A stretch of 64,000 nucleotides of DNA, from contig OZ320313.1 of the NCBI GenBank assembly GCA_976226885.1, positions 52,700,001 to 52,764,000 on the forward strand, read 5' to 3'. Positions 25,857-38,437 of the stretch are shown here, in pieces. Position 1 is the first letter of the stretch. The number at the start of each line of letters is the position of its first letter. Source of the stretch: Iphione sp. A-MEVVRFRX5 (lineage: Eukaryota). Position numbers and translations under genes: made by a program. Below the pieces are notes generated by a model, which did not search any database, had not been told where the DNA came from, and worked only from the letters and a program-made list of their open reading frames with translations.

Positions 25857-28800
25857 GTAAGGCACGCGTGGTTGAGATCAGTATCCAATTGATCTAGTTT
25901 CTCCATATAAATACTGCTGTAGAAATAGCTATCCTATCTGCTTGAATCAACAAGTTTGCTAATATTACTCTAATACCAAGTTAGGTGTATATGTATTCAC
26001 TACATGTACCTAGGTTCGTCCAGCAAAGCCTGATGTGACCAGTGATAGGGGAAAGTGCTCTGGCATAAGGTTTCTCTGTAAATACAGGCAGCAGTGGCAG
26101 GATAAAAATATAATACGAGGAGAATGTCTTGCTTTGCGGTAAAATCAAAGGGTCATATTCACTTTCATGGATGAAAGCTGCGAGGTTTTTACCTACTTAG
26201 TCGCTCCAAGTAGAGGCACACAAAAGCATACAAAACTAATCTCAACACATGGTGAGCATAACAGGGGCACATACGATTCAGGAGGTTCTTTTCAAACTGA
26301 TACTTTAGCAATGCTTATCCATTTAAGTGCACAGTTTTATCTATTCCACGACAAGTTGTTCTCCCTTTGCATCCACTTGGACAATAAATTTCATAGTGAG
26401 TGTCGAGCCTTTGCACACATCAGGTAACATATCTGTAACCCTCAGGCGAGGGGCACACGGATAAGGGATAGAAGGGAAACCGGTCGTGCCGACTAAAAAG
26501 TGCAAAGGGATGTTCGGTCGTGGACCACAAAGACACTGGAGAGACAAGGGACACTCTGTTAGTCAGACAATGGCCGGACAAACGACTTCTTCCAGAAAAA
26601 TCAAAACGGTCTTCTTGTCCTAGTCTGTGTGTTTTCCTTTTCAAGTGGTCCTGCCCTCTCGTCACGTTCAGATGGTGAGCTTTTCTAGTTTACACTGAAA
26701 AGGATTATATAAGTTGCTTTTTGGGAGGTTTTTACTTGTTAGTATCCGTGAACAGCCACAGTGTCATGCCGCAGAGCTCTACGGTGTACACATATCACAC
26801 CTTTCAACTACCGGGTACATAGACTGCTTTGTTCCATAAATCTCATTCCATCTATAAGTATATTTCACAACTAAAACATTTCCAAACGAAAAACGCAAAA
26901 CGTACGAAATACACATGTGACGTAAATTCCAAACCAAATTCATGAGTTCTATCTATCCTCCTATTTTTTCCCCTGCTTGTTTTCCCCGTTTCCCCTGCTC
27001 TCTCTGCGGCTCAGGCCACGTCCAATATTTATTTGTTGTACATGTACCTCCACCGTTCTCTTCCCGCTTAGCGCTCTTCGACAGCTCCCACGCCTGTGTG
27101 ACTAACAAAGGGCCGGATCAGTGGGTATGATGACATCCTTGTATGTATGATAGCCAATGATATATAACGCTGTGTGAAGTACAGCCTACACCACGTGTTT
27201 ATTGTGGATAATTTTTGTAAGGTTACATTTTTTATGTATTCGTTTTTTCAGCTCACTCCCCTGGTAGTTTGCGTATATAATATATGATTACGAAAATCTA
27301 ACTTTAGGATCTCACATTACCTACTCCTCAGAACCGATTGTTCCGAAGAATATCTCAGGAACTATGCTCCAGATCAAACAGCTCTTAGGTGATGAAAACT
27401 GACGACAAGTGTAGTACAAATGTTTGAAAAAGCAAATAGGAACTGCGCTGTTGTTAAAGAACCTTTCGCTCGTCATAGGCTCCTTACGGTGTTGGGTTAA
27501 GCTCCGTCTTGTTTTTCGGCTTAATTATTCTGGCTGACCTGTTGATTAGGTGGGGTCTGTTGGTTCAACTGGTCAGCGAAGCTGACGGTCACGTTCGGTG
27601 GCCAGGAGCGAAAGGAAAGAACGTGTGGCAACTCGGTAACGTCTTGGTGACGGCACGTGTGAGCTTTCGTGGCCGCCATGTAGGGTTTCCACAGGTGACC
27701 GCCATGTCCTATAACTACATAGCCTTTCAGAATTCAACGCATGTTCTATTTCGTTCCCGTTGTATTTATGGTATGCCTGGGGCACGAAACCGATACATCC
27801 TACCAGCAATATGCCAATTATTTAATGGGTTGTCGCATATGATATATACAGATGTAAATATGGGTCACGTTTTACACTGTTCACATCAATTCTTCTTGTT
27901 TATAATTGTCGAGATGTCAAAAATGTGGGGGAGGGGGGACCTCATACAAAAAACATTTCCAAAAGGAATATACATGTACGTGTATCCGTTTTGCTGAGAC
28001 GAAATGGCAACACGTCGGTAAGGCCTATTGAAAATCTAATGATCATATCTACATATTTGCTATATGAAATCAATCATACATGTCAGATGACACCACAAGT
28101 CATACTGCACAATCCATATGATCGTGTAATGCACGACAAAGCTGCCATGCTGTCCCTGTTACTACCTTAATCATTTGGGAAAGAAGCTATGCAGCCATGG
28201 ATAGTACAATGTACATAGTTGGCCATGTGAGTGACAACTCTCTCTGAAGTTGTTTCTGCAATGTCTATGTTCTTCGATGCACCACGCTAAGAGCGACACG
28301 TAGCAGAGATTAAGGATGGATTTATCCGCACCGAGATACCTGCGTATGAAAACATTGTGTTTCCACAAAACCTACAGCATTCGTACACCTGTCGGTGTGA
28401 TGTCAGGTGCGAACGGTTCGGCTGTAGGGCAACGAACTATACAGGGAGGATGGAGAGGGGTTGCTCTACCAGGTACAGAGGCTGCAGTGAGGATTGTAAT
28501 GGGCGCGGCGAATAGGAGGGATGAAGGTTGAGATGGTCTGACTAATGGACCAATATGACAGTTGGCGTTTATCTGGAGACATATCCAGGCAGGTGTGCTA
28601 CTTACAGGGCCAACTATTTACCACTAGCCTTCTCGCTCCGCGGAAACCAACCAATACCTCCATCGACTATATCATCAGCGCCTTTACCATTATTTTGGCG
28701 GGCGCATAGACTCAGCATCTCGCCCATCAGATTCGTAGAAAATGTACTCTTTACCTAAATTAATCATTTGCCAGTTCTCCGTTCCAATTTTAATCCCCTG

Positions 28801-29674
28801 AAGACACGTTCCGTTTTATACGGTCAATTTTACAGGTGAGAGACTGAGTCTATTAGATTAAACCTGATAAACGGAGGACAGGGTCGGTGTTAGTGGTGTA
28901 AGATTCATGGCAGAAGCCTAAAATAGGAGTAGGGTATATCCTATAACAACTGTGATTATCAGGAGCTATAATAAAAACAGATTCTACTTAAAACTGATTT
29001 ATTCCCCTAATTTCATTGCAAGTAGAAAAGATCGTTTGACTTCTTCAAAGAGTTAACGGCTTCATTTCTGGAAAGTTGGACAAAACAAACAGCCTGGCAG
29101 GAAATCTACTCCCAATTCGGTGCCAGCCCATCAAAAAGCCTCCGGTTTTCTTTTAGTCCTTGAGGGCTGACCTCCAAGTCTGCAGGTTGAAGGGAGGTGC
29201 GCCCTGATTCCGATAATTAATTAATTTCTTGATGGCGACATGTGGAGACAGCCTTGAACCAAAACGAGCGGGTTTGGGGCGGCCGTTCAAAGCGACTAGG
29301 GTTGGACTGTGTAGGGAAAGTGGAGCGAGGACACTGTAGGTCATGGTGATAGTAGTGGATAGGATTGTTGGAAGCAGCGTACACGTGTAGGTTAACTATA
29401 GTTGTTGGTAGTTTGTGTCCAGTATTTGGCGTCGATTGTCCCGGTGGTAGGCGGTAATAGAATGGGTAGGTGAGGGTTGTGTGCGGTGTTGCAAGGATCG
29501 TGGTGTAAATTCTTAGAGTGGGACTGACGTCACAGTGGCAGATAATACTGGTACCCTGACCCATATAATGGGCAGGATAACTGGTGTGGAGTTGAAAGGA
29601 AGTGGATTTTTCTCTTTGAACCATTGTACTGTTTTGTACCATAATAGTTATTTGGCATTGATTTCAATACTAAC

Positions 29675-29950
29675 TCTGATATTCTGATGAAAGCATATGT
29701 AGAGCTACTTTTAGATGAAGTGCATATGTCAGAATTATCATCTGTTTAATTTTACCAGGCTCTAGAGTTCATATGAGAATATGCAGAAACTCCCTAATTA
29801 TCACACACTTTACCTCTGCAGTATTTTTCCTAAATTACAATTTTAAAAAAGGGATTTAAATCTATACACTAATTGTGTCATTTAGATGAATAACAAACCT
29901 ATGCTTTTAGCAAAATGGAGCTCTATGATACCTTTCAAATCCTCATCAGA
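29675..29950. mobile_element. Old MITE-like fragment with degenerate inverted repeats
   Basis: Left TCTGAT......TGAAAG..AT..TAGAGCT.C.TTT.G.T.AA..GCATA is mirrored in the reverse complement of 29900-29950; AT-rich interior. Confidence 0.4.
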
Positions 29951-29999
29951 TTAGGTTTGACAACTCTTTATTTACACCTTGCTTGCCAGAAGTACCCGG

Positions 30000-30720
30000 A
30001 TTCCCCACTCCAAGAATGGCTGGATGGTAGTGGATGTGTAATAGGCTTTGCAGATAGTGGTTGTTGTTGTGTGTGGGGGGGGGTGCATGACTGATTCTAT
30101 CAGAGGCAGTGTGTCTGTAGTTGATGGTATTACAGTGTGTAGATGTGCGGTAGGACTTGGCAGCTGCGGTAAGTGATGGTGGTTGCTATGGAGATGGTTT
30201 GTCATGAAAGTGTGTGGCAGCATTTGGCAGGTAGTGTCTGTGACTGTATCAAGTAGATGGGATTGGGGTGAGTGGGATCTGGTTGATTGTGATGGTGTCT
30301 GGCTATTGGTGAAAGTAGCTGTGGACGGTTGGATGGTACTGAAGAAGGTACGTGATAGTTGTGTCTGGTGCGTACCTGGTGGTAACTACATGTAGCTATG
30401 ATTGGTATTATGGTATTTAGACAGGTGATGGTTATGATTGTGCTACGGTCTGGCTGATTAAGTGGTTGTGCAGTGCACCAGCAGTGGACTGAAGTAGGTA
30501 GGTGATTGTGGGTGGTGGAACACAGCATGTGGTGTAAGTGAAGGTGCATGTTGGGTGGTATTTAGGTCAGTAGATCATTGCTCTTAGTGGTAGTACAGAG
30601 CAGCAGGTGGCTTCTGTGGCTCTGGGTGGTTGGTGATATAGGACTTTGGGTATTGGGGAACTACTGGTTGTCAATGGCTCTTGGTTGTGGCGTGGTGTAT
30701 GGGGTGGCGCCAGGCGTCGG
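30000..30720 (+). repeat. Decayed G/T-rich low-complexity (GGT/TGG) tract
   Basis: Strong strand asymmetry and recurrent GGT/GTG/TGG trimers. The overlapping H/P/T-rich ORFs are by-products. Confidence 0.6.
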
Positions 30721-33164
30721 CGAATTCTAGTACCGGGAGGCTAATATCAGCCGTTGTGGTATTACCAGTGGATCCTGGATGGGAGCAAGACTACTGGTGT
30801 AACATCAGGGGTGGGCGGGGGGGGGACTGACATCTCGTCGCTGCCAAGCCAATCCCTCGAGTCACGTTTAATCACCTCCATCCCGACACTTCTACGATTC
30901 CCAAAGCTCATCTTTGGACTACAACTGTCAGAAGGTGGCCCGCTGGGTAGGATGAGTGAAATAATTCGGCGAATTTCACACGCGGCGCCTTGACTGCATC
31001 AGAGAAAGCAGAGGTTTCCATATCCTAGACCATGGCCTTCTGCAAATAGCTGGAACTTAATACGGATGTTTATAACAAACGGATGCTTGCAATTTGATTA
31101 GAATCTCCGAAACTTGCCAACTCTCATCTAGTACAGTAGCATAAGGGTCGCACATGTAGAGCACACATCTTCGGAATCAAAAGAAAATGTTATAATGTAA
31201 TTACGAACATAAGGTGCTCACATAGTCATGAAAGCAATGTTCACAAACTGGTTTTGGAATAGCCAACATAGTTCATTTTTTGCAGATCATCCCCATGAGG
31301 ACGAGATACTTTAAGAATATTGACCATATGTGTGCATGATTTCAAGAAACTGCTCATCCTGCTGTAAAGACCGTATGCCAGTTAGCACTAATTCATGCAT
31401 CAAATGCAGTCTCTAACAGAAATGGGAAACGTTTCATGATGGGACGTAATGGGCGTCAAAATGAAAAGACACACTTCCGATATGCAGTGTCTTGTTCCAG
31501 ACTAGACAGATCATATTTGGATCTTGCACCTCTCGAAAATGACATCGCTCCAGAATGTGGTTCCCATGTGCGTGATTTCTTGCAGCGATTTGTTTTTTCA
31601 TAACCATAGTAACTATTAAGTCACCCGGATTCATGTGGCTTCCACCTGCTTCTCACCTGTGCGTTATGCTGCCACACCCACAGACAACCCCCCTTCCAGC
31701 GCCTCTCGCACAGGTTTGTTCATACCGACTACTTGCATATTGCTTTGATCTTGCCGATGAGTCTCCCAAGGTAAAAGAAACCCTCATATTTGTTTCCGAC
31801 TCTCTTCTCCCTCCTCGTTCTCTGTAGATTTCCTCCCCCTCTCACTCACTTTCCCATCCCTACTATTTTTATATTTCTAGACTTTCAGATAGTGTATGCT
31901 TCAAGATATCGGAACATAACTTCTGTGCTTTTTTTAAAAATAGCTACGCTCTTGTTTGTACGTGCACTGTCGCAACATAATCTTCTCTACAGGATTCTGT
32001 ATTTCAAAGTCTTGTTTTCGATTACTGTGGATCACTACCTTTGGACTCATACAATTGATGTACATGCACATAGACGTCTATAGATGTATGAAGATACTGC
32101 AGAATATCGCTGAATCTGAAGGGCTGAAATTCTTTTTTAGATAACGGTTGTAATTAAATGCGCAGAAATGAAGGGAACCGATGCTATTTAATGTGATAAC
32201 GGGAATATAAAAGAACTGTTCCTAATTATAGAATAATTCAATTATAGAATTCAATCGATTCACCTAATAATCTGTACCTGTATTTTAAATTTTGAAATGA
32301 TTTGCTTCTCAGATATATCAGTCTTTTACCAATGAACATGTACAGGTGAATATATTTATATTGAATGACCGATACTAAGCACATGCATTTTCCTGACATG
32401 TTTTCTTAACGTGTGGCTTTTATCTCCCAGTTAGTCACTTAAATATTCTTACCAGAATACTTGCTACCAGGTTGCTACAGGAGGGGAGAAATTCATCAGA
32501 TAGTAGGATTGTAGGTCCGTGTGTGTATTTCTACTTTCTGTTGATGCCTGGGTGAGCGAATGGTTGCCATTTGCGAGGCCGTCTCGAAACCCTCGCTTCT
32601 CATTACTTGAAGAGAAAGCGCACTGCTTTGAAGAAGGCAGGTAGGCCAGGTCACTGTGTCAGTGGCAAACGGGGACGACTAGGTAACATCCGCTAACCCA
32701 AATAGAGCCGCTCCCACCCTCTACAATTTTTAGGTTCTGTCTTCTTCCACCCAATATTCCTATCTCACAACAAATTTGTTATTTCCTGCGACCAATGTCT
32801 TCCTATGTGCATGAGGAAAAAAACACATGAGCGTCAAAGACATCGCGTGCACCAAATATCTATTTCTCCTCTACGAGTCCCCCCCTGGAAGCATTTTTCC
32901 TCATCTATATGAGACGGTATTTTTCACACGGGGCCGTAATCAAAAGCGTGTATCCTGACATAAGAAGAGCAAAGACGAGGACGAAATATTCTAAGATGGC
33001 TGTTTGCTTGTAAATGAGGGTTTTACTGGTGTAGGCTAAACAAAATCAACTGGCAGCGGCTTGTTAAAAGGTTTTGATAGACAACAAATTAGAATGCATT
33101 CGGGCAGATATAATAGAGGGAAGATATTCAAGCTACAATATTGACAGAGACTCGTATACATTAC

Positions 33165-33230
33165 CTCTTCTCTCGTATGACAACAAGCTGTTACTCACCT
33201 AGAAGAATAGAAGATGATACTAGGTTAGCA
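33165..33230 (-). other. Recursive splice site RS-B with 34-nt RS-exon (33198..33165)
   Basis: Minus strand reads TGCTAACctagtatcatcttctattcttctag|GTGAGTaacagcttgttgtcatacgagagaagag|GTAATG: consensus CTAAC branch point, pyrimidine tract, TAG|GTGAGT at 33199/33198, weaker downstream donor GAG|GTAATG at 33165/33164. Confidence 0.75.
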
Positions 33231-36200
33231 ATATCTGCAACGGTATTTGTTAAGAGTAAATATACACACATCATTAGATGATTATTGAACATACATGTAT
33301 TTCACTCCACTGGATTCAATGCTAACGCTTCTACTTAGCATTTATCTCCCTCGTGTGTTTCTGATGTCAGTAGTACATGACAAGTTAATTTAGGGTCGGG
33401 CGGAAATATGCTAATATTTGTTATTGTTTGATTGGCATGTAACTATCGTGATGAACGTTCATTATGTTCCAATATTTCCTTTTCCTCTCTAAGGATTATC
33501 CTTAAGACAGAATCAATAACTTTTTAATGTACCTAAAAGTGTCATTAATGGAATGTAAATTACAAAATAGTGTACAACATGTTTTCAGTTAGGATAAAGT
33601 TCCCTGTGACTGACCCAGAGCTAATTACCACTTAACACGTTCTATATGTACGTGTGTCTGTATACTGGTGCTACCTGTTATCAGTTTTAGGTGTAGTGAT
33701 TCCTTATATGGGAATCTTATTGCAACTCTACCATACTAGGAATAGACAAGTGAAAAGTCTATCTCTCATTCTCTCATTTCTCTGTCTCTCTTCCCTTCTT
33801 CCTTTCTTGTTTTCTTTCTGTGTGTATGTGCGTGTTTGTGCGTTTGATGTGTCACCTCTACCCAACAAATTCTCCCATTCTCCTAGTTTTCATGCTATGA
33901 CGCTCAGCGAAGTTTTGGCTTCTTCGCTACTGTGTACAGTTTGTATGTATACGTCGAACTCTTCCTGCGTCTACGCTTCTCAAAAAGACACTCATAAGAT
34001 TTGCGCAAATACATGTATACCGGCATGTTCCTTGCGACTTGGAGGTCTAACACGCGAGAAGTGACTTTCGTTTCGCTCATTCTGAAGCTAACGCTTCAGA
34101 ATTATGAGCAGTTCCACTTGTAACCTATTCTCAAAAAAATATTACATGTTTTTCCCTCTATCTCTTTCTCCGTTACATTAGATTAGCGTTGAGCGAGGCG
34201 TCGCGGATAATCCGTGCTGACATGTGGGGATTAGCAAACAAGCCTTTCTGGCGGACTGATCCACTTAGCGCGCGGCCGACGGCGTGACACAACGCGCCCC
34301 TGTCAGGTTTGGTTAGCAGCTCCTGCTACCGGCGCCCCATTAACCAGCGGCCGGGCGCCCCTCCGTGGTGTCATGGCGCCGCCGCTGACCCCCTCCGCCT
34401 TAAAATCCTCAACCCCCGCCCCCACCCGTACAATCCTCAGACCAGAGACGGTTGATCAGCCGGGCGTGGCGTAGCGTATCGCCTATATTGGCTTGGTCCG
34501 TTGGAAGTGCGCCTACTTTTGGTCTTTTACCGTTACATATCCTCAACGGCATAACCCCCCAACTTATCCGCTCCGTAATGGCTTCCGGCCGTAGGGAAAT
34601 GAGTGAAAGCGGTGTAGAAAAGCAAACCAAATACAGGTAAATTCTAAATAATCCGAAGTTTCCAGCACACCTTAAGGCTAATAGAAGAGATCCCAACAGT
34701 AATCCCTTGACATAGTTCCCAGGCTCTTTGGGATTGGGGAAACAGACTTCCGATGGGATCAATAGGGATTACTGCCATTGGGTTATGTGTATGTAATTTA
34801 TCTGTTGCTATTGTTCATGACCGCATCGCCAAGCATCTTGCTGAGTATGCGTTAACCAGGCCACATGGATTTGCACGTAGTATGTAGCGGATTTTTTAGT
34901 CATGTTGTAGAACCACGTGTATTAACCTTGTGAGGATACTTATTCATGTTGAGGTAGAATTTCCACCAGAATAGATCAAATACCCTACCCGAAAGACGAT
35001 TAAGAGTGCAAGAGGTCCGTAGGTTGGGGCGGTGGCTGTGGTTGGGGAAGGGGGCTGGTTATGAGTATGGATCCGTTTAGAAAGGGCCTCTAGATCTGGT
35101 TTGGAACGGCCTTAGTAGGATCGAGTGTGGTATCAGGGCAAAAGGAGGGGATGGCGACGTAGATGGGTGGGCGGATTGGGAGGGACGGAGTGTGGCTAAT
35201 GTCTGTTGAGGTTACCAGAGGGCGCGTTGATAATGTTAGTGATTAGACCCTGGCATAAGATCATCTTATCACAAGTATGATTCTCGGACACATAAAATAG
35301 ACTTGCTTCCTTTTCAGTACACTTTGATTTTTTGAGATAATGCCTATCTAGAAATATTAATGTCTATCATTAAAATACTAATAGGAAGAAGGCTAAAAAG
35401 AAACAACCTTCTCCGTACGTGAATGGTAGACGCATGGTTTCCCACCAGCTACACTACTTTAGTATTTGATCACAAGTAGCACGTTGTGAGATTTATCCAA
35501 ATAATAAATCATACAAAAGGGCTAGCGCAAGACTGTTTTATGGAGGTGGAGCCGAGAACCCTGATCAAGAAAATGTATTTGCCACGAGAGAAGATGTTAG
35601 CGCCAGAAGTGGGTCTGATTAAGAGAAATGGACGCTGCACCAAGGGAAGGCTGACCTTGACCTATATGAGGCCGTTTCGTCCCATATCATTTATACATCA
35701 CTTTTTCTCCTCCCTCTTACCAGGAGAGGGGCGGGGCTCACGAAGCTTATCAAACACTGTAGTAATACGCCTGTCGCTACTTAGATGGCGAGCCGCGCTC
35801 GCCGAGAACCAGTCAGTGGATTACACAGTTAGGCAGCGTTACAGAGTTCGGCATAATTGGCCCTGACAGCGGCGGACAATTTGATTGGTGGAGAGGTGGC
35901 CTTTCACCTGGGAGAATGCGGCTGGGTGACCGACACTGCACAACTTATTGAAACAGAAGACCCCAGGGAAAATAGTTATTTTATGGAGGCTGAAAAAACG
36001 CATTAAACACGCGTAAAAATACAATGGTGTGCCCAAAATGAAAACAATTTTGCAAGTGGCCCGCGTAAACTTGAAACTTTAAAAACGTCACACTGTTCTT
36101 TTCATTTCCCTGCAATACCACGCAGTGAATTCGTTGTTTTTAGAGAAAGTGTGCAAGGGGTGATACATCTATACTAAATGGAGAGGCTTGGTGGTCTTCA

Positions 36201-38387
36201 TGCGTTGCGAACTTTATTCAATTAATTATGCAGAGCACATCATCTTATGTGGCCATGTCTATTGACGTGTACAAGATGGCGCCACTGGTAGGAGGAGGAC
36301 CTGCCGCACGTGCTGGCAAAGAACCTACCCGTTACTCTCAGTAGAGACATATTTTTATTCTAGGCGTTTGTTCGCAATTTTAAAGTAAAAGGTTCGTCGT
36401 TCTTGTAAAGAAAAATGGTGATTAACAACTTGTCGCCTATATCAGGTCTAGAATTGGTGCTCCAGTAGGAAAGGGGATGAGATGTTATTTCAAAAGCCCA
36501 ATTGAGAACGTATTTTTACTGGAATTTTATAGACAGGCATAGACATTTGTACATGTCAATCACAAAAATTCCAGTGTTCACTGATCAAACAAAGAATGAG
36601 AAGTATCTGCAACTGTCCGCCAACCTACGGAAACATTAGGTGTCAGGCTGCGTCAGATCGCAACAATCTGCTTAATTGTCGTCTGCTTTGGTGAATTGTC
36701 GTCTGTTTTTTCGAGTGCTCTCGCAGTTCGCCCTGGAGGCCACTGTCGAGACCGAAGTGACGCATCTGACTTGAATGATGTGGCTCTGGTCCCACCTGGC
36801 CGTGTAATCCAGACTGTTTGAGGCCTCGCCTTTTTTCCTCTATTTTTCTAGTGTGAAGGACTGACGTGTTTGGCCACTGGTGCAATCAATGTGAAGCTCG
36901 ACAGACACTGAGCAGATACCCACAATTTCTACCCAAGCTTATCTAACAAACAGCCCCGAGGGCGGAACTTGGCAACTGGACGTTGAATAACACATTTCAG
37001 ATGTCGTGGATCCTTGTTTCCGTAAACACTTGGGTTTAATGGCCTTGCATACTCCGCTCGTGTAAAATTCTTTCCAAAAGTTTGGCAGGTTGTAGGTATT
37101 TTACAAACGCATGATACATTCTTTTTCAGAGGTTAGGAATATTCTACTAGAAAGTAAAGGAATGATATATAGTGGGTGATCGAATTAGAGTGGGAATATT
37201 TGCCGTTTGGAAGTAATCAGAAAGTTAAGAGTGATATGTCACCATGTGGAGAGTGATAGTATGAATGTGGGTATGGAAATGCTCTTTCAACTGTTCGGTC
37301 AGTGGCAACTGAGATACATTTCGCATATGTACGCGCGCAACGAAGCGCTTTTAAATCAATCCTCATATATAAACAGGATAAGATGCATGTTCAAGGACAT
37401 CATCTGTGCCTTACAAGTCGGGAGCCTTGCACCCGCAAAGAGAGCCATGTCTGTAATTAGGTGGCATAAATAGAAAACCGCAGTATCTATTTGTGCCGGC
37501 GGCCAAGAAATAGTGACGGCCATTGGTAAAGACTGGGAAAAGCTCTGCTGCTCAACTCGTGGCACACAGAGACGCAGACACACTGTCTCTTGCTGCGACG
37601 TTTCCACTATAGGTCGTGCCAAGAGAAAAAAGAAGACAGCATGTGCTTCAAGACAAGGTCTGGCACATATGCCGACGGCTTGGCTGAAAGTGGTCTGGAG
37701 TCTTTAGGGCAATTGGAAATCTTTTCACTATATTTTGTGTCGGCAAGAAGGATCGAAGATCCTTGTTGGTTTGTTTTACAGTACAGGTGTTCTCGTCTAA
37801 TAAATGAAAGCACATGTACATATAACGCACCGCCTTGACAGGAACATACTTATAAATCATAGATTTGATGGAAGATTCTTCGCCGATGTATTAGAAAAGA
37901 TAATTATCGTTAGTCGAGAGGCACGTCTTTGACCTTCACTTGTTATGTTGATGTAAGAAAGCGTCCATGATGCAGCGGCATAACTTAAAGTAACCGTAAG
38001 GTAAAGTTTGAAACGAACTAGGTATCAACGAAAGGTCTTTTAAAAGTTCATTCGCATACTTAATTGCTTTCAGACATGGTAGATACCATATTTCAAGTAG
38101 GAAGCAATATGGTCTTAGTCTCCCTTGTGCCTAAGAATAACTGGCCTTTTTAAGGCAGCTGAGAATAACTAGACATTTCAGGCAAGGCATTATGGCAATG
38201 ACCCAGTTCCCTCAAAGGAGCTCTACAGGAAGATGGAATGTGAGCATTAGCCGTTATGTTATTAGCCAGGGGGTCTTCATAAAGGTCTTCATAAAGAATA
38301 GATATGGACTACATAACTAGTTATGTTACGTTCTCCTTAACTGTCGCCTTTCGTCATTCCTTTTCGGTCTCTCTTACTCTCTTCGTC

Positions 38388-38437
38388 TCTCTGTCTTCCT
38401 ATCTCTCTGTCCATCTCTCTCTCTCTCTCTTTCCCTC
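38388..38437 (+). repeat. Imperfect (CT)n tract
   Basis: Direct read. Confidence 0.85.

Noticed and set aside
25858-25868. TAAGGCACGCG matches the first 11 nt of miR-124
   Set aside because: The 3' half diverges and there is no precursor hairpin.
28810-28903. Plus-strand recursive-site look-alike ttttacag|GTGAGA with a donor GGT|GTAAGA 62 nt later
   Set aside because: The pyrimidine tract is interrupted and +6 is not T, so it is clearly weaker than the three minus-strand sites. Kept as the honest control and main caveat.
29972-30549. H/P/T-rich mucin-like ORFs
   Set aside because: Low-complexity by-products; overlapping short frames with no consistent reading frame or splice structure.
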